Origin: a virus
IMG/VR virus record: IMGVR_UViG_3300014158_000003
Location: 32,001-96,000 of that record
Direction: 5' to 3' (one strand)
Length of the DNA: 64,000 nucleotides
The notes beneath the pieces were generated by a model, which saw only the letters and a program-made list of their open reading frames with translations, was not told where the DNA came from and did no database searches. Position 1 is the first letter of the stretch. Each line of letters starts with the position of its first letter. The position numbers and the translations under genes are program-made. Below are positions 18,953 through 31,599 of the stretch, in pieces.

Positions 18953-19834
18953 GTGCACGTCGAGTCCTGGGAGAGCGTGACGCCGCCGAGGCGGTTCGCT
19001 CGGGCGCTGGGCCTCGCGGCCACGAGCGGTGGGCGCGCGACCCGCAACTCGGTCCTCGACGCCTTCGTCAAGGTGCAGTCGCCGTGGGAGGGCGTCGCGC
19101 ACGTCATGTACACCGACAAGCTCGGTCTGGTGACCACGGCGATCGGCTACTTGATTGATTCGAACAAGATCGCGACGCCGATGGCCGACATGAGCGGCTA
19201 CGGCCCGGCGCTCGTCATCCCCTGGGTGCACAAGTCCGACGGCAAGCCCGCGACGCAGGCCGAGATCATCCAGGACTGGCAGACGGTCAAGAGCGCGCAC
19301 AACCAGTCGGGCGGCTACGACCTGCCGAACGACAAGAAGATCACGCAGCTCGAGATCCCCGATCTGGTCGTGCAGGACCTGACCGCATCGCGGATGGCCG
19401 ACAACGAGAAGGTGCTGCTCCAGTCGTTTCCGAACTTCACGAGCTTCCCCGCCGACGCGCAGATGGCCATCCACGGCATGGCGTGGGCCATGGGCGCGGG
19501 GTTCGTGCCCGCCTACGGCTTTCACGCGTTCGCCGACGCCGCCAACCGCGGCGACTGGGCGACGGCGAAGGCGCACAGCGACTTCAAGGGCGTCTCGCCC
19601 GAACGCAAGGCGGGGCAGGACAAGATGTTCGACAACGCGGCCGCCGTCGTCGCGAATAAGCTCGACCCGGACAAGCTCTGGTACCCGCAGAGCGTCCCGA
19701 CGACGGCGATCGGTCACGCGCTCGCCCAGCTGCGGCGGCCGGCGGTCGCGGCGGCAGTCACGCTGGCCGTCGCGGCGGTCGGCGGCGGGATCTACCTGGC
19801 GACGCGCCCGGTGCCCAGGCGGGTGCCCGCGTGA
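18953..19834 (+). CDS. GH24/T4-type lysozyme with C-terminal membrane anchor
   Basis: WEGVAHVMYTDKLGLVTTAIG matches the E-x8-D-x5-T catalytic motif; C-terminal TM. Confidence 0.75.
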   Translation: MHVESWESVTPPRRFARALGLAATSGGRATRNSVLDAFVKVQSPWEGVAHVMYTDKLGLVTTAIGYLIDSNKIATPMADMSGYGPALVIPWVHKSDGKPATQAEIIQDWQTVKSAHNQSGGYDLPNDKKITQLEIPDLVVQDLTASRMADNEKVLLQSFPNFTSFPADAQMAIHGMAWAMGAGFVPAYGFHAFADAANRGDWATAKAHSDFKGVSPERKAGQDKMFDNAAAVVANKLDPDKLWYPQSVPTTAIGHALAQLRRPAVAAAVTLAVAAVGGGIYLATRPVPRRVPA

Positions 19835-20154
19835 ACCGCTCCGGCAAGTCCAGCCTCTCCGCGTTCAAGTGCCCGCTGTGCGGGTGCTCGGAGTGGGGAT
19901 CCAGCTACAACTTCGACGGGCCCGGCGACACGCCGGCCGACCCGAAGGCGACGGGGCTCGACCAGGGCGGCCGGTCGGCGCGGTTCGAGGGGACGTTCAC
20001 GCGGCACTGCCACGGCTACGTCCCCGCTCCCGACGGCAGCGGCTACAAGTCGTGCGGCTACAAGTGGAACTCGAAGGACGACGCGAAGCACGGGGTCGAG
20101 CCGCCGTCGCAGAAGAGCGTGCACGGCTGGACGCCGCCGAAGGTGCCGTCGTGA
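19831..20154 (+). CDS. zinc-ribbon protein
   Basis: CPLCGC..CHG..CGYKW; GTGA overlaps on both sides. Confidence 0.65.
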   Translation: MNRSGKSSLSAFKCPLCGCSEWGSSYNFDGPGDTPADPKATGLDQGGRSARFEGTFTRHCHGYVPAPDGSGYKSCGYKWNSKDDAKHGVEPPSQKSVHGWTPPKVPS

Positions 20155-21203
20155 GTCGCGAGCCCGCCCACCAGCGACCGGGCGCGCGCGTCCGGTACAA
20201 CTACACGGACGGCCCGGTCCCCGCGGGCACGTTGGGTACGATCCTCGGGTTTCTGCCGCGGAGCCAGCAGGCTCAGATCCGGTGGGACGACGACACCGTC
20301 AACAACCACACGCCCGACGAGTACGACGTGGTCCCGCGCGGGACGAGGCGACCGATTGGTGAAGCGCAAGACGTTCTCGCCGCCAAATATTTCGAACGCG
20401 GTGCTCGACTGCGTATCCGCAGCAAGGGGGCAAACGGGCAACCGTTCGAGGCGTTCTGGTTCTTGGTTCCGTCTGAGATGACTCCTGAGGAGGTTGCACT
20501 GCAGTTCGCGCAGACCGTGCAACCAGGCATGCTCCTCGAGATCGAGGAAGGCGGCGGTGTGAAGCGGACATTTCGGCAGAACGGTGACGGAACAGTCACG
20601 CCCGTACCGAACGTCTCTGGGCGCCTTCGGGAGATAGGTGAGTCACGCCGCCAGACGAAGTGGTCCGACTGGGACATCCTCGACGCCGTCGAGCGCCGCC
20701 ACGGGATGACGCCCGAGGCGAAAGCCCGCGCCTTCGAACTCATCGACCTCGGGTACATCGACGCGGCGGGGACGTGGGAGCTCACGCCCAGAGGGCGTCG
20801 CGCCTGGGAGCGCGACGCGCCGAAGGGTGGGTGGTCGAACAGGCACCAGCAGGCGCCCCGACTCGAAGCGCGTCGACAGATGCGCCGGCAAACCGTTCAC
20901 GCGGCACCCACTAGCGGCTGGACCTCCGGCAAGCGACCGAGCCACGCCGAGATCTGGGCGGACGGCAAGCCGATCACCGTCGCTAAATCCGGGCGCAAGT
21001 GGACGGTCACCGTCATGGGCCGACCCGTCGTCAACGGCGCGTCCGGCGGGCTCACGTTCGAGGGTCGCTCGGACTACGTCGACGGCCTCACACAGGCGAG
21101 GTTCAACAGCAAGGGCGACGCCGACTCCGTCGCGCACAAGATCGGCCGGTACATGCTCAACCTCGGTGACTTCGTCCACACGTACGTGGAGCACGTCGGA
21201 TGA
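20151..21203 (+). CDS. multidomain hypothetical protein (SH3-like N-terminus)
   Basis: PGARVRY..GTLGTI..QIRWDD; GTGA/ATGA overlaps. Confidence 0.65.
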   Translation: MSREPAHQRPGARVRYNYTDGPVPAGTLGTILGFLPRSQQAQIRWDDDTVNNHTPDEYDVVPRGTRRPIGEAQDVLAAKYFERGARLRIRSKGANGQPFEAFWFLVPSEMTPEEVALQFAQTVQPGMLLEIEEGGGVKRTFRQNGDGTVTPVPNVSGRLREIGESRRQTKWSDWDILDAVERRHGMTPEAKARAFELIDLGYIDAAGTWELTPRGRRAWERDAPKGGWSNRHQQAPRLEARRQMRRQTVHAAPTSGWTSGKRPSHAEIWADGKPITVAKSGRKWTVTVMGRPVVNGASGGLTFEGRSDYVDGLTQARFNSKGDADSVAHKIGRYMLNLGDFVHTYVEHVG

Positions 21204-21517
21204 CCGAGTCCGTCTCCCGCGGCGGCCGCCCGGCGCCAGGCTTCGCCCTGGGCGACGCGTCGCCCGCGTGCGCCGCGTGCCCCGCGGCGCTGCCGTCCGG
21301 GTCGAGCGCGGCGGCCCTGCTCGGCGGCGACTGGCGCGCGCTGCCGCTGGCCGTCGGGCACACGGCCCTGCGCGCGACGCTCGTCGGCGCGGGTCTCTAC
21401 CTCGCCGGCGAGCGCGATCCCAAGCGCCTGGTCAAGAACGCGGCGGCCGGCTCGCTCGCGATTGAGGCGTTCGTGCTCGGGTGGGCGGCTTGGAAGCTGA
21501 GGCATAGCGCGCCCTAG
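21200..21517 (+). CDS. small two-TM membrane protein
   Basis: Two hydrophobic segments; ATGA overlap. Confidence 0.7.
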   Translation: MTESVSRGGRPAPGFALGDASPACAACPAALPSGSSAAALLGGDWRALPLAVGHTALRATLVGAGLYLAGERDPKRLVKNAAAGSLAIEAFVLGWAAWKLRHSAP

Positions 21518-21541
21518 CGACTTGTACGGTAAGCTGCGCCG

Positions 21542-24511
<2,970 letters not shown>

Positions 24512-24515
24512 AGCG

Positions 24516-25841
24516 GTGACCTCTCCCGCAGTCGTCCAGTCGGCCGTCATCAACGCGGCTGGGCCGCCGATGACGGCGAACTTCTCGCTCGCGCAGACCG
24601 CCGGCAACTGGAACATCGTCGTCAGCGGCCCCCCGGGAGGGCAGAGTACCGGCATCCCGACGGACACCAGCGGCAACACCTACGAGCTGGCGGTCGTGAA
24701 CCTCGCTACCGCGGGGCAGTGCCAGGACGCGTACGTCTACGTCTGCAAGGGCATCAAGGCCGCCGGCGCCGGCGCCAACACCGTCTCGATCCCGTACGCC
24801 CCCGGCGGCGGGGGGGCCCCGCCCGACTGTCTGATCCTGGAGGTCAGCGGGGCCGCCGGCATCGGTGCTATCGCGGGCGCTGGTCAGAACAACAGCGGCG
24901 GCGGCTCCGTCTCGGTCTCGCTGACGACGCTGGCCTCTAGCTCGCTGGTGCTCGCCTGCGGGATGAGTGACAACGGGTGGGTCAGCGTCTCGGGATCATT
25001 TACCGAGGTGGCGCTCACGCCGGACACGTACGGTGGTGTCTGGCAGGACTCGGTCTCGACGCCGTCGACGGTCACGTGCAGCCTCACGCAGTCGGCCGGG
25101 TCGTGGTGCATCGCGGCGATCGAGCTGACGTCGGTCGCGCAGCCGGCGAGACCGTCGCCCGTACAGCAGATCAACGGGACCGGGCTATCGCAGACATTTT
25201 ACTCCGCGCAGAACGCCGGCGACTCGAACCTCTTCGTCGTGCAGCTCGGGGCGACGAGCACGCCCACGATCACGGTCGCGGACGACGCGAACGGCGCGTA
25301 CGACACCGCTTCGGCGCTCGAGTACAACCCGGCGAGCGGCCTGTACTTCCAGTTTTTCTGGTACCCGAACACCGCCGCCGCCGCCGCGGGAACGAACACC
25401 GTCACGGCCACCGTCACGGGCGGCGGCACGCTGTCCAACGAGTACACGTACGCGATCGAGGTCGCGGGCCTCGCGACGACGGGGACCTTCTACACCTCGG
25501 GGCAGACGTCGCAGAAGACGACGGCGTCCGGTTACACGCCGCCGGCCACCTCGGGCTCGTACGCGACCGCGAGCGCGTACCAATTCGCGCTCGCTTGGTT
25601 CTACAGCACGGGCGACGACATGCAGCAGGGCGCCGAGAGCAACTTGATCGGGTACCTGCCGAACGGCGGAGTAGCGGCCAATGGGCTCGAGTACCAGATC
25701 ACGGGGGCGAGCGGGTCGACTGTCCAAGCGACCGCCACCTTCCAGAGTTCGGCCGACGCGGTCTACGCGCAGATCGCCGGTTTCAACGCGGCGCCCGCGA
25801 CGACGACCTTCGACGCCGTCGGCTTTGGCGCCGAGGTCTGA
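24516..25841 (+). CDS. beta-rich S/T/G-rich putative spike or receptor-binding protein with two related domains
   Basis: F..AQ.AG..N..VV and AAGxNTV motifs occur twice. Confidence 0.7.
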   Translation: MTSPAVVQSAVINAAGPPMTANFSLAQTAGNWNIVVSGPPGGQSTGIPTDTSGNTYELAVVNLATAGQCQDAYVYVCKGIKAAGAGANTVSIPYAPGGGGAPPDCLILEVSGAAGIGAIAGAGQNNSGGGSVSVSLTTLASSSLVLACGMSDNGWVSVSGSFTEVALTPDTYGGVWQDSVSTPSTVTCSLTQSAGSWCIAAIELTSVAQPARPSPVQQINGTGLSQTFYSAQNAGDSNLFVVQLGATSTPTITVADDANGAYDTASALEYNPASGLYFQFFWYPNTAAAAAGTNTVTATVTGGGTLSNEYTYAIEVAGLATTGTFYTSGQTSQKTTASGYTPPATSGSYATASAYQFALAWFYSTGDDMQQGAESNLIGYLPNGGVAANGLEYQITGASGSTVQATATFQSSADAVYAQIAGFNAAPATTTFDAVGFGAEV

Positions 25842-25916
25842 AATTTTGGCCGCGGGAGACTCGATGTTCGGCTCTCCTGATAGCGCCGAGCACCGCTTGA
25901 CGTAGGCTCGTACCCT

Positions 25917-26882
25917 GTGGCGCGCCCCGGCCTGTTCGACACCGACGGCGTCCCGTGGGGCTGGTTCGACACCTGCGGCCAGGACCAGGGCTGGTTCGAC
26001 CGCGACCTGCTCACGTACCCGGCCGCCGTACCGCCGCCACCACCCCCGCCGAAACCGCGTCCGCGTCCGCGCCCAGTCGCCGGGGGCGGCGGCGGCGGGG
26101 GCGTCATCGTCCCATACTGCCCGCCCGACTGGCTGAAGCTCTTCTACACGGACCCGGACGCCCTGCCGGTCGAGTGCGACGACGAGCCGACCGAGATCGG
26201 GGCGGAAGCGGAGACCGACTACGCCCTGCTGTACCTGCCGGGCGGCGCCCGAGGGTCCCCCGTCCGCGCGCTCGCCTCCGGCGTCGTCGAGCGGGTCGTG
26301 GACAGCCGGGGGCGCACGGCGGTCGTGCTGACGGCCGCCGACGGCACGCGGTACTGGTACGCGGACCTCGGCCGCGTCGACGTCGCGCACGGCGCCCGCG
26401 TCGAGGTCGACCAGGTCATCGCGCGGACCAAGCCGGGCGCGCGGCCCATCCCGACGGTGGTCCCCGCGCCGGCGGCGCCCGCGGATCCGGCGAGCGCGCC
26501 CGCGCAGTCGCCGGTCGGCGCCCTGCCGGCCGGCCCCCCGAGTCCGGCGCCGAGACTGAAGCCGGCGCAGGTGGTGTTCGTCGAGGCCCCGCCGCCGGCC
26601 GAGGAGCCGAGCCGCCCACGCGTCGAGCCGCCTGCAGGACCGACCCGGCCCCCGGTCCAGCCCGGGGCCGTGGTGTGGATGCTCCTGCCGAAGCCCGGGA
26701 CCCAGCCGGAGCCTCCCCCGGCGCCGGCGGTCCGCGCGACCCCGATCCGCGACGCGATCCTGAGTCTGAGCCTCGTCGCCGCGCTGCTCTCCGCGGCCTA
26801 CTTGCTGGACCGCAGGGCGAAGGCGTCGCGGCAGAAGAGGGGGCGGAGGCGCAAGGGGCGCCCGGGTCGCCGGCGGTCGTGA
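25917..26882 (+). CDS. M23-like domain protein (probably inactive) with C-terminal TM
   Basis: GSPVRALASGVV..GTRYWYADL..VAHGARVEVDQVIA; YAHL is YADL. Confidence 0.7.
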   Translation: MARPGLFDTDGVPWGWFDTCGQDQGWFDRDLLTYPAAVPPPPPPPKPRPRPRPVAGGGGGGGVIVPYCPPDWLKLFYTDPDALPVECDDEPTEIGAEAETDYALLYLPGGARGSPVRALASGVVERVVDSRGRTAVVLTAADGTRYWYADLGRVDVAHGARVEVDQVIARTKPGARPIPTVVPAPAAPADPASAPAQSPVGALPAGPPSPAPRLKPAQVVFVEAPPPAEEPSRPRVEPPAGPTRPPVQPGAVVWMLLPKPGTQPEPPPAPAVRATPIRDAILSLSLVAALLSAAYLLDRRAKASRQKRGRRRKGRPGRRRS

Positions 26883-26949
26883 GGCGCGGGGAAAAGCAGC
26901 GGTCACCGGAGCCGGAAGCTGGTAGGATCCCCGAAAAGGAGCGGCGCCC

Positions 26950-27267
26950 ATGGAGCACATCGTCAGAAACGGTCGCCCGGTCAGGTTCGGCCTGGGCGGC
27001 GTCAGTGACGCGGCGGCGCTCGCGCCCGTCTCCCAGAGAGTCGCCGCGAAGATCGCGTCCGTGGCGGTCGGCGCGCTGACGGTCGGCGTGCTCGGGACCA
27101 TGGTCGGGGCGGGCATCTCGCTCCTGGACACCAAGAAGCTGCGCCCCGCCACGGTGGGGCAGGGCGCGGCGGTGGGCGCCGCGCTCGGCGGCGCGATGGG
27201 CCTGTTCACGGAGGTGAGCGTCCGCACCGTCCCCGCTGCGGACGCGAAGGGCGGAGTGTCGACATGA
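26950..27267 (+). CDS. small two-TM membrane protein
   Basis: AGGAG RBS; two Gly-rich TM segments. Confidence 0.75.
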   Translation: MEHIVRNGRPVRFGLGGVSDAAALAPVSQRVAAKIASVAVGALTVGVLGTMVGAGISLLDTKKLRPATVGQGAAVGAALGGAMGLFTEVSVRTVPAADAKGGVST

Positions 27268-29603
27268 GGAAGCACCTGATCGGGGCCGGTGAGAGCATCT
27301 CCAGGAACGGGCAGTCGGTCGGCCTGGGCCTCGCGTGCTGGCCGCGCGAGTGGGAGCCCGACCCCGGCGGCGGCCGGGTCGGCGACGTCGGCGTGGGCTT
27401 CCACTTCGACGTCGGCCACCTGATCAAGGGCGCGCTCAAGGACGTGGGCAAGGTCGCCTCCGCCCCGGTGCACATCGCGGTCGAGGCGGTGAAGGACCCG
27501 AAGAAGCTGATCCACGACATCGGCCACGTGGCCAAGGACGTGGTCAAGATCGAGAAGTTCGTGCTCGAACAGGCCGCGGGGATCTGCTCGCTCGTCCCCG
27601 GCCTCGGCACCGCGATCTCGACCGCCATCGCCGCCGGGCTCGCGGTGCTCGAGGGCGGCGGCGTGCTCGAGATCGCGATCAAGATCGCCTACGGCGCCAT
27701 CCCGATCCCGCCCGGCATCAAGACCTTCACGGACCTGGTGCTCGGGGCCGTGCTCGACATCGTGAGCGCGATCCTCAAGGAGGGCACCAACCTCGGCAAG
27801 GTTTTGGAGCGCCTCATCGCCGAGGAGATGGCCAAGGCGCTGCCGGACAACGTCCGGGCCGCGGGCACCACCATGCTCACCGCCCTCACGCCGACGGTGC
27901 TGCAGGCGCTGACCGGCAAGCTGCCCGGCCTGCCGTCGGCCTCGTCGGTCGCGTCGGCGGCGGGGCTACCGGCCGTCCCGTCGGTCTCCTCGATCGCGGC
28001 GGCGCTGCCGACGCCGTCGGTCCCGGGCGTCACCGGGGTCGGCGACAAGGTCGACGACTTCGTGGCCCAGCTGAAAGCGCAGTACGCGGCGATGAACTTG
28101 CCGGCGAGCGTCAAGTCGCAGACCGACCCGGTCTTCAACGCGCTCGTCTCGATGGTCCACTCGATGAACGTGGGCCCCGCGATCCTCCTGACCGTGCGCA
28201 CCGGGATCACCTCGAAGCTGCCCGCCGGCGTCGCGCGCGACGTGGGCCTGCACGTCTTCGACACGCTCGCGCACCTCATCCTGGGCAAGCTGTTCAAGGG
28301 CAAGCCGACGCAGGCCACCGTGACCACCGCGCTCACCCCGGCGCAGCTCACCGCCGTGCACCTCGCGGCCGCTCGCGGCGCGCCGCTGCCGGCGAGTGTC
28401 ACGCCGATCCCGCCGACGGTGGCCGCGTACAAGCCGATCGCCAAGGCCGAGGTGGCGCAGAGCACCGTCGTCTCGGTCCCGGTCATCGCGGTCGACAGCA
28501 GCCCCTACGGGCCCTACCCGCAGCCGAGCGCCGGCGCGACCCCGTCGACCGCGGCGCCCGCGATGGCGCCGCCGCCCGTGCCTGCTGTGAGTGCGTCGAC
28601 GCCGGCGACCGCCGCTGCCGCGCCCATGTCGACGCCGGCGGCCACGTCCCCAGCCGGCACGACCGCGGGCGTCGGCGAGAGCAGCTGCCCGCAGGAGCCG
28701 GTCCCGAGCGGCTGGCGCGTGTGGCAGGGTCCCGTGCCGCCCGAGCTCGTGCAGTTGGCCGTCGAGGTGCGCGACCACGTCCGGCAGTACCCGCGCGGCA
28801 CGATCGCCAAGACGGTCGACTACCGGGGATCCGCGGTCGCCGCCTTCGTGAGCAGCCACACGTGGACGTACCGCAACGGCCAGCTCGTCACCGGGATCTG
28901 CATCCCCGGCGTGTCGCTGCTGGTCCGGCCGACCGCGGACGTCGGCACCAGTCGCGGCGGCGGCGGTGGTGGTGGACGCGGCGGGGGTGGTGGTCGTGGC
29001 GGTGGCGGCGGTGGGGGGCACCCCGGGCGCCCGGGAGGGCGCGGTGGTTTCGACGGGTGGGCAGGCGGCCGGGGGCGCCCGTGGGGTCGGGGCGGCTACG
29101 GCTGGGGGTGGGGCGGCGCGTGGTGGCCGTACGTCGTCGTCACCAGCGACGCCGCGTGCGCGAGCTGGGGTGACCCGATCAGCTTCCCGGCGAAGCTGCT
29201 GTCGGCCGCGCGCGCGACGCTCACCGACTCGGGCTGGGCCCCGGTCGTCGTCCGCGGCTCGGACGGTGGGCTCTACCTGCTCAGCCTCGAGCCCGGCGTG
29301 CCGACGGGGGGGCCGGTCGCGCAGCTCGTCACGATCCGCCCGTGCGTCTCGGTGGGGGTCGGCGACGCGAACGACGACGTCCTCAAGGCGATGGCACTCG
29401 ATCTGCTCGGCCAACTGCAGCGCAGCGTACCGCAGGGCGCGACGCGCGCGGTGAAGAACTTCGCGCAGGCGTGGAACGCCGCGAGCGCCGACTCACAGAT
29501 CGACACCAGCGGCAAGTACACGCAGGAGACCGCGGCGGCGCTCAACGCGGCTTTGAGCGCGCTCGCGCCTGGATCAGGGTCGGCGCCGGCGGCCGTGCTC
29601 TAG
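27264..29603 (+). CDS. large membrane-associated virion protein with Gly-rich segment and C-terminal PG-binding-like motif
   Basis: Hydrophobic N-terminal helices; AVKNFAQAWN..SGKYTQETAAAL. Confidence 0.7.
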   Translation: MRKHLIGAGESISRNGQSVGLGLACWPREWEPDPGGGRVGDVGVGFHFDVGHLIKGALKDVGKVASAPVHIAVEAVKDPKKLIHDIGHVAKDVVKIEKFVLEQAAGICSLVPGLGTAISTAIAAGLAVLEGGGVLEIAIKIAYGAIPIPPGIKTFTDLVLGAVLDIVSAILKEGTNLGKVLERLIAEEMAKALPDNVRAAGTTMLTALTPTVLQALTGKLPGLPSASSVASAAGLPAVPSVSSIAAALPTPSVPGVTGVGDKVDDFVAQLKAQYAAMNLPASVKSQTDPVFNALVSMVHSMNVGPAILLTVRTGITSKLPAGVARDVGLHVFDTLAHLILGKLFKGKPTQATVTTALTPAQLTAVHLAAARGAPLPASVTPIPPTVAAYKPIAKAEVAQSTVVSVPVIAVDSSPYGPYPQPSAGATPSTAAPAMAPPPVPAVSASTPATAAAAPMSTPAATSPAGTTAGVGESSCPQEPVPSGWRVWQGPVPPELVQLAVEVRDHVRQYPRGTIAKTVDYRGSAVAAFVSSHTWTYRNGQLVTGICIPGVSLLVRPTADVGTSRGGGGGGGRGGGGGRGGGGGGGHPGRPGGRGGFDGWAGGRGRPWGRGGYGWGWGGAWWPYVVVTSDAACASWGDPISFPAKLLSAARATLTDSGWAPVVVRGSDGGLYLLSLEPGVPTGGPVAQLVTIRPCVSVGVGDANDDVLKAMALDLLGQLQRSVPQGATRAVKNFAQAWNAASADSQIDTSGKYTQETAAALNAALSALAPGSGSAPAAVL

Positions 29604-29624
29604 CCCAGGGATCAGAACCCCAAA

Positions 29625-30677
29625 ATGTCCAATCCGCGCGAGACGTGCCCGACCGGATCCGCCGGCCAAACCGGCCCGACCGGCCCGACCGGCGCGACCG
29701 GTCCGACCGGCGCGCCCGGTCCGACCGGCGCGCCCGGCTCGGCCAGCAACACCGGCGCGACCGGACCGACCGGGTTCACGGGGCCGACGGGCGTCCCGGG
29801 CTCCGCGACGAACACGGGTGCGACTGGGGCGACCGGCTTCACGGGGCCGACGGGTGCGACCGGAGCTCCGGGCTCGGCGACCAACACGGGCGCGACGGGG
29901 CCGACCGGCTCCACGGGGCCGACGGGTGCTCCGGGCACCGCCTCGAACACGGGAGCGACGGGGCCGACCGGGGTCGCCGGACCGACGGGGGCGACCGGCG
30001 CGACGGGGGCGACCGGCGCGCCTTCGAACGTCACCGGGCCCACCGGTTCGGGGAACACCGGACCGACGGGGCCCGCCGGTCCTCAGGGGACCGGAATGAC
30101 CGGGCCGACCGGGCCGACCGGGCCGGTCGGGGGGCCGACGGGACCGACCGGGGCGGCCGCGACCGGGTCTACGGGACCGACCGGCGCGACAGGGCCGAGC
30201 GTAGCGACGTCCATCTCGGGGACGGGGACCAACGAGTTCACCGGCGTCGGCACGCTCGTCGACATCACGTCCACCGAGACCGTGCTGGCGTCTGGAGACA
30301 CGTACGCGGTCAAGGGGTTCACCGGCGAGATCCAGACGCCCAGCGACGCGTTCGTGACCATCGCGTCGTTCACCCCTCCCACCAACTCCGCGGGCGACTG
30401 GTCTGTCACGCTCCTCGGCCTCGACGTCACGGGAGCGCCGCCGGTGCCCGGCAACTTCTACCGAGCCGACGTCACGTTCTCCCACGTGCGCGCCGCTGGC
30501 GCGCCGACGCTCTACCCGGCGACGCCCGCCGCGACCAACGTCGTGTCGAACGGGACGGGCTCGACGTACGCGGTCCAGGTCGTCCTGTCGGGCAACATCA
30601 TCGAGATCCAGGTCGCCGGCAACGCCGCCACGGACGTGGACTGGAGCGTCATCGGTCAGCTCCAAGCGGTGACCTGA
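29625..30677 (+). CDS. second collagen-like fibre protein
   Basis: G-X-T repeats followed by a beta-rich C-terminal head. Confidence 0.85.
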   Translation: MSNPRETCPTGSAGQTGPTGPTGATGPTGAPGPTGAPGSASNTGATGPTGFTGPTGVPGSATNTGATGATGFTGPTGATGAPGSATNTGATGPTGSTGPTGAPGTASNTGATGPTGVAGPTGATGATGATGAPSNVTGPTGSGNTGPTGPAGPQGTGMTGPTGPTGPVGGPTGPTGAAATGSTGPTGATGPSVATSISGTGTNEFTGVGTLVDITSTETVLASGDTYAVKGFTGEIQTPSDAFVTIASFTPPTNSAGDWSVTLLGLDVTGAPPVPGNFYRADVTFSHVRAAGAPTLYPATPAATNVVSNGTGSTYAVQVVLSGNIIEIQVAGNAATDVDWSVIGQLQAVT

Positions 30678-30678
30678 C

Positions 30679-31506
30679 GTGCAGGTCGTCCATCCGGACC
30701 GGAGAATATGGACGCCGAGGCGAGCTAGCCCGTCGGCGGATGGGTTGTTGGCGGCTCCGCCGCCGCTCGGTCTGGGACTCAAGCAGCGGGTGAGCAAGGG
30801 GGCTTGGTACGACGCCCTGCTCAGCATCCCCGACTGCGTGCTCCTCATCGATGCCAGCACGAGCAGCAGCGTCACGCTCAGCGGTTCGCACGTGTCTGCG
30901 CTGGCCGATCTTTCGGGTCAAGGAAACAACTTCACCCAGGCTACTGGGGCAATGCAGCCACCGTACAACTTGACCGGCATCAACGGTCTGCCGTCCGTGG
31001 ACACGCGCGCAGCCGTGAGCCAGAAAATCATGGACTGCGTCAACCCAGGCACGTCGATATTGACTGGATCTGGGGCCACGTCCGTGATCGTCTTTGACCC
31101 GGTCGCCGCCGCATCCCAAGCGGGGATCGGGGCATTCTCAGAGCACTGGGGTAATACCGGTGTAGCTCAGGACCTATTTCCTTATACGGACGGAAATTTC
31201 TACGACACATGGTTCACGACCGTGCGAAAGGCGATCTCTGGGATCGTGCTGGGCAGCGCGTTCGCGTACGCCACCACCTCAGAGACTGGAAACTTCACGG
31301 CCTACCAAAACAACGTCCAAGTTTTCACTACGTCAAGCAACAGCACGGGATCGGACGGCAGCAACCCGAGCATGTTCGGCGATTCACTCGCGCAGGACGA
31401 CTGGTGGATGGGTCTATTCAGTCTCCGGGCTGCGTGGAATCGCGTCTTGACGTCGATTGAGTTGGGTCAAGTGCAGGCGGCCCTGTCCTCAAGGTTCGGT
31501 GTGTGA
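30679..31506 (+). CDS. LamG/concanavalin-like beta-sandwich protein
   Basis: DLSGQGNNFTQ..QPPY..GINGLPSV..WNRVLTSIELGQVQAALSSRFG; lower GC. Confidence 0.7.
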   Translation: MQVVHPDRRIWTPRRASPSADGLLAAPPPLGLGLKQRVSKGAWYDALLSIPDCVLLIDASTSSSVTLSGSHVSALADLSGQGNNFTQATGAMQPPYNLTGINGLPSVDTRAAVSQKIMDCVNPGTSILTGSGATSVIVFDPVAAASQAGIGAFSEHWGNTGVAQDLFPYTDGNFYDTWFTTVRKAISGIVLGSAFAYATTSETGNFTAYQNNVQVFTTSSNSTGSDGSNPSMFGDSLAQDDWWMGLFSLRAAWNRVLTSIELGQVQAALSSRFGV

Positions 31507-31599
31507 CGATGGATCAGAACTCTTACCAGTGCCGCGAGCCGATCGCCGCCCGCGCGAAGGCGCCCGGGCTGGCGGCGGCCGTGCTCTGAGGGGCGGGCC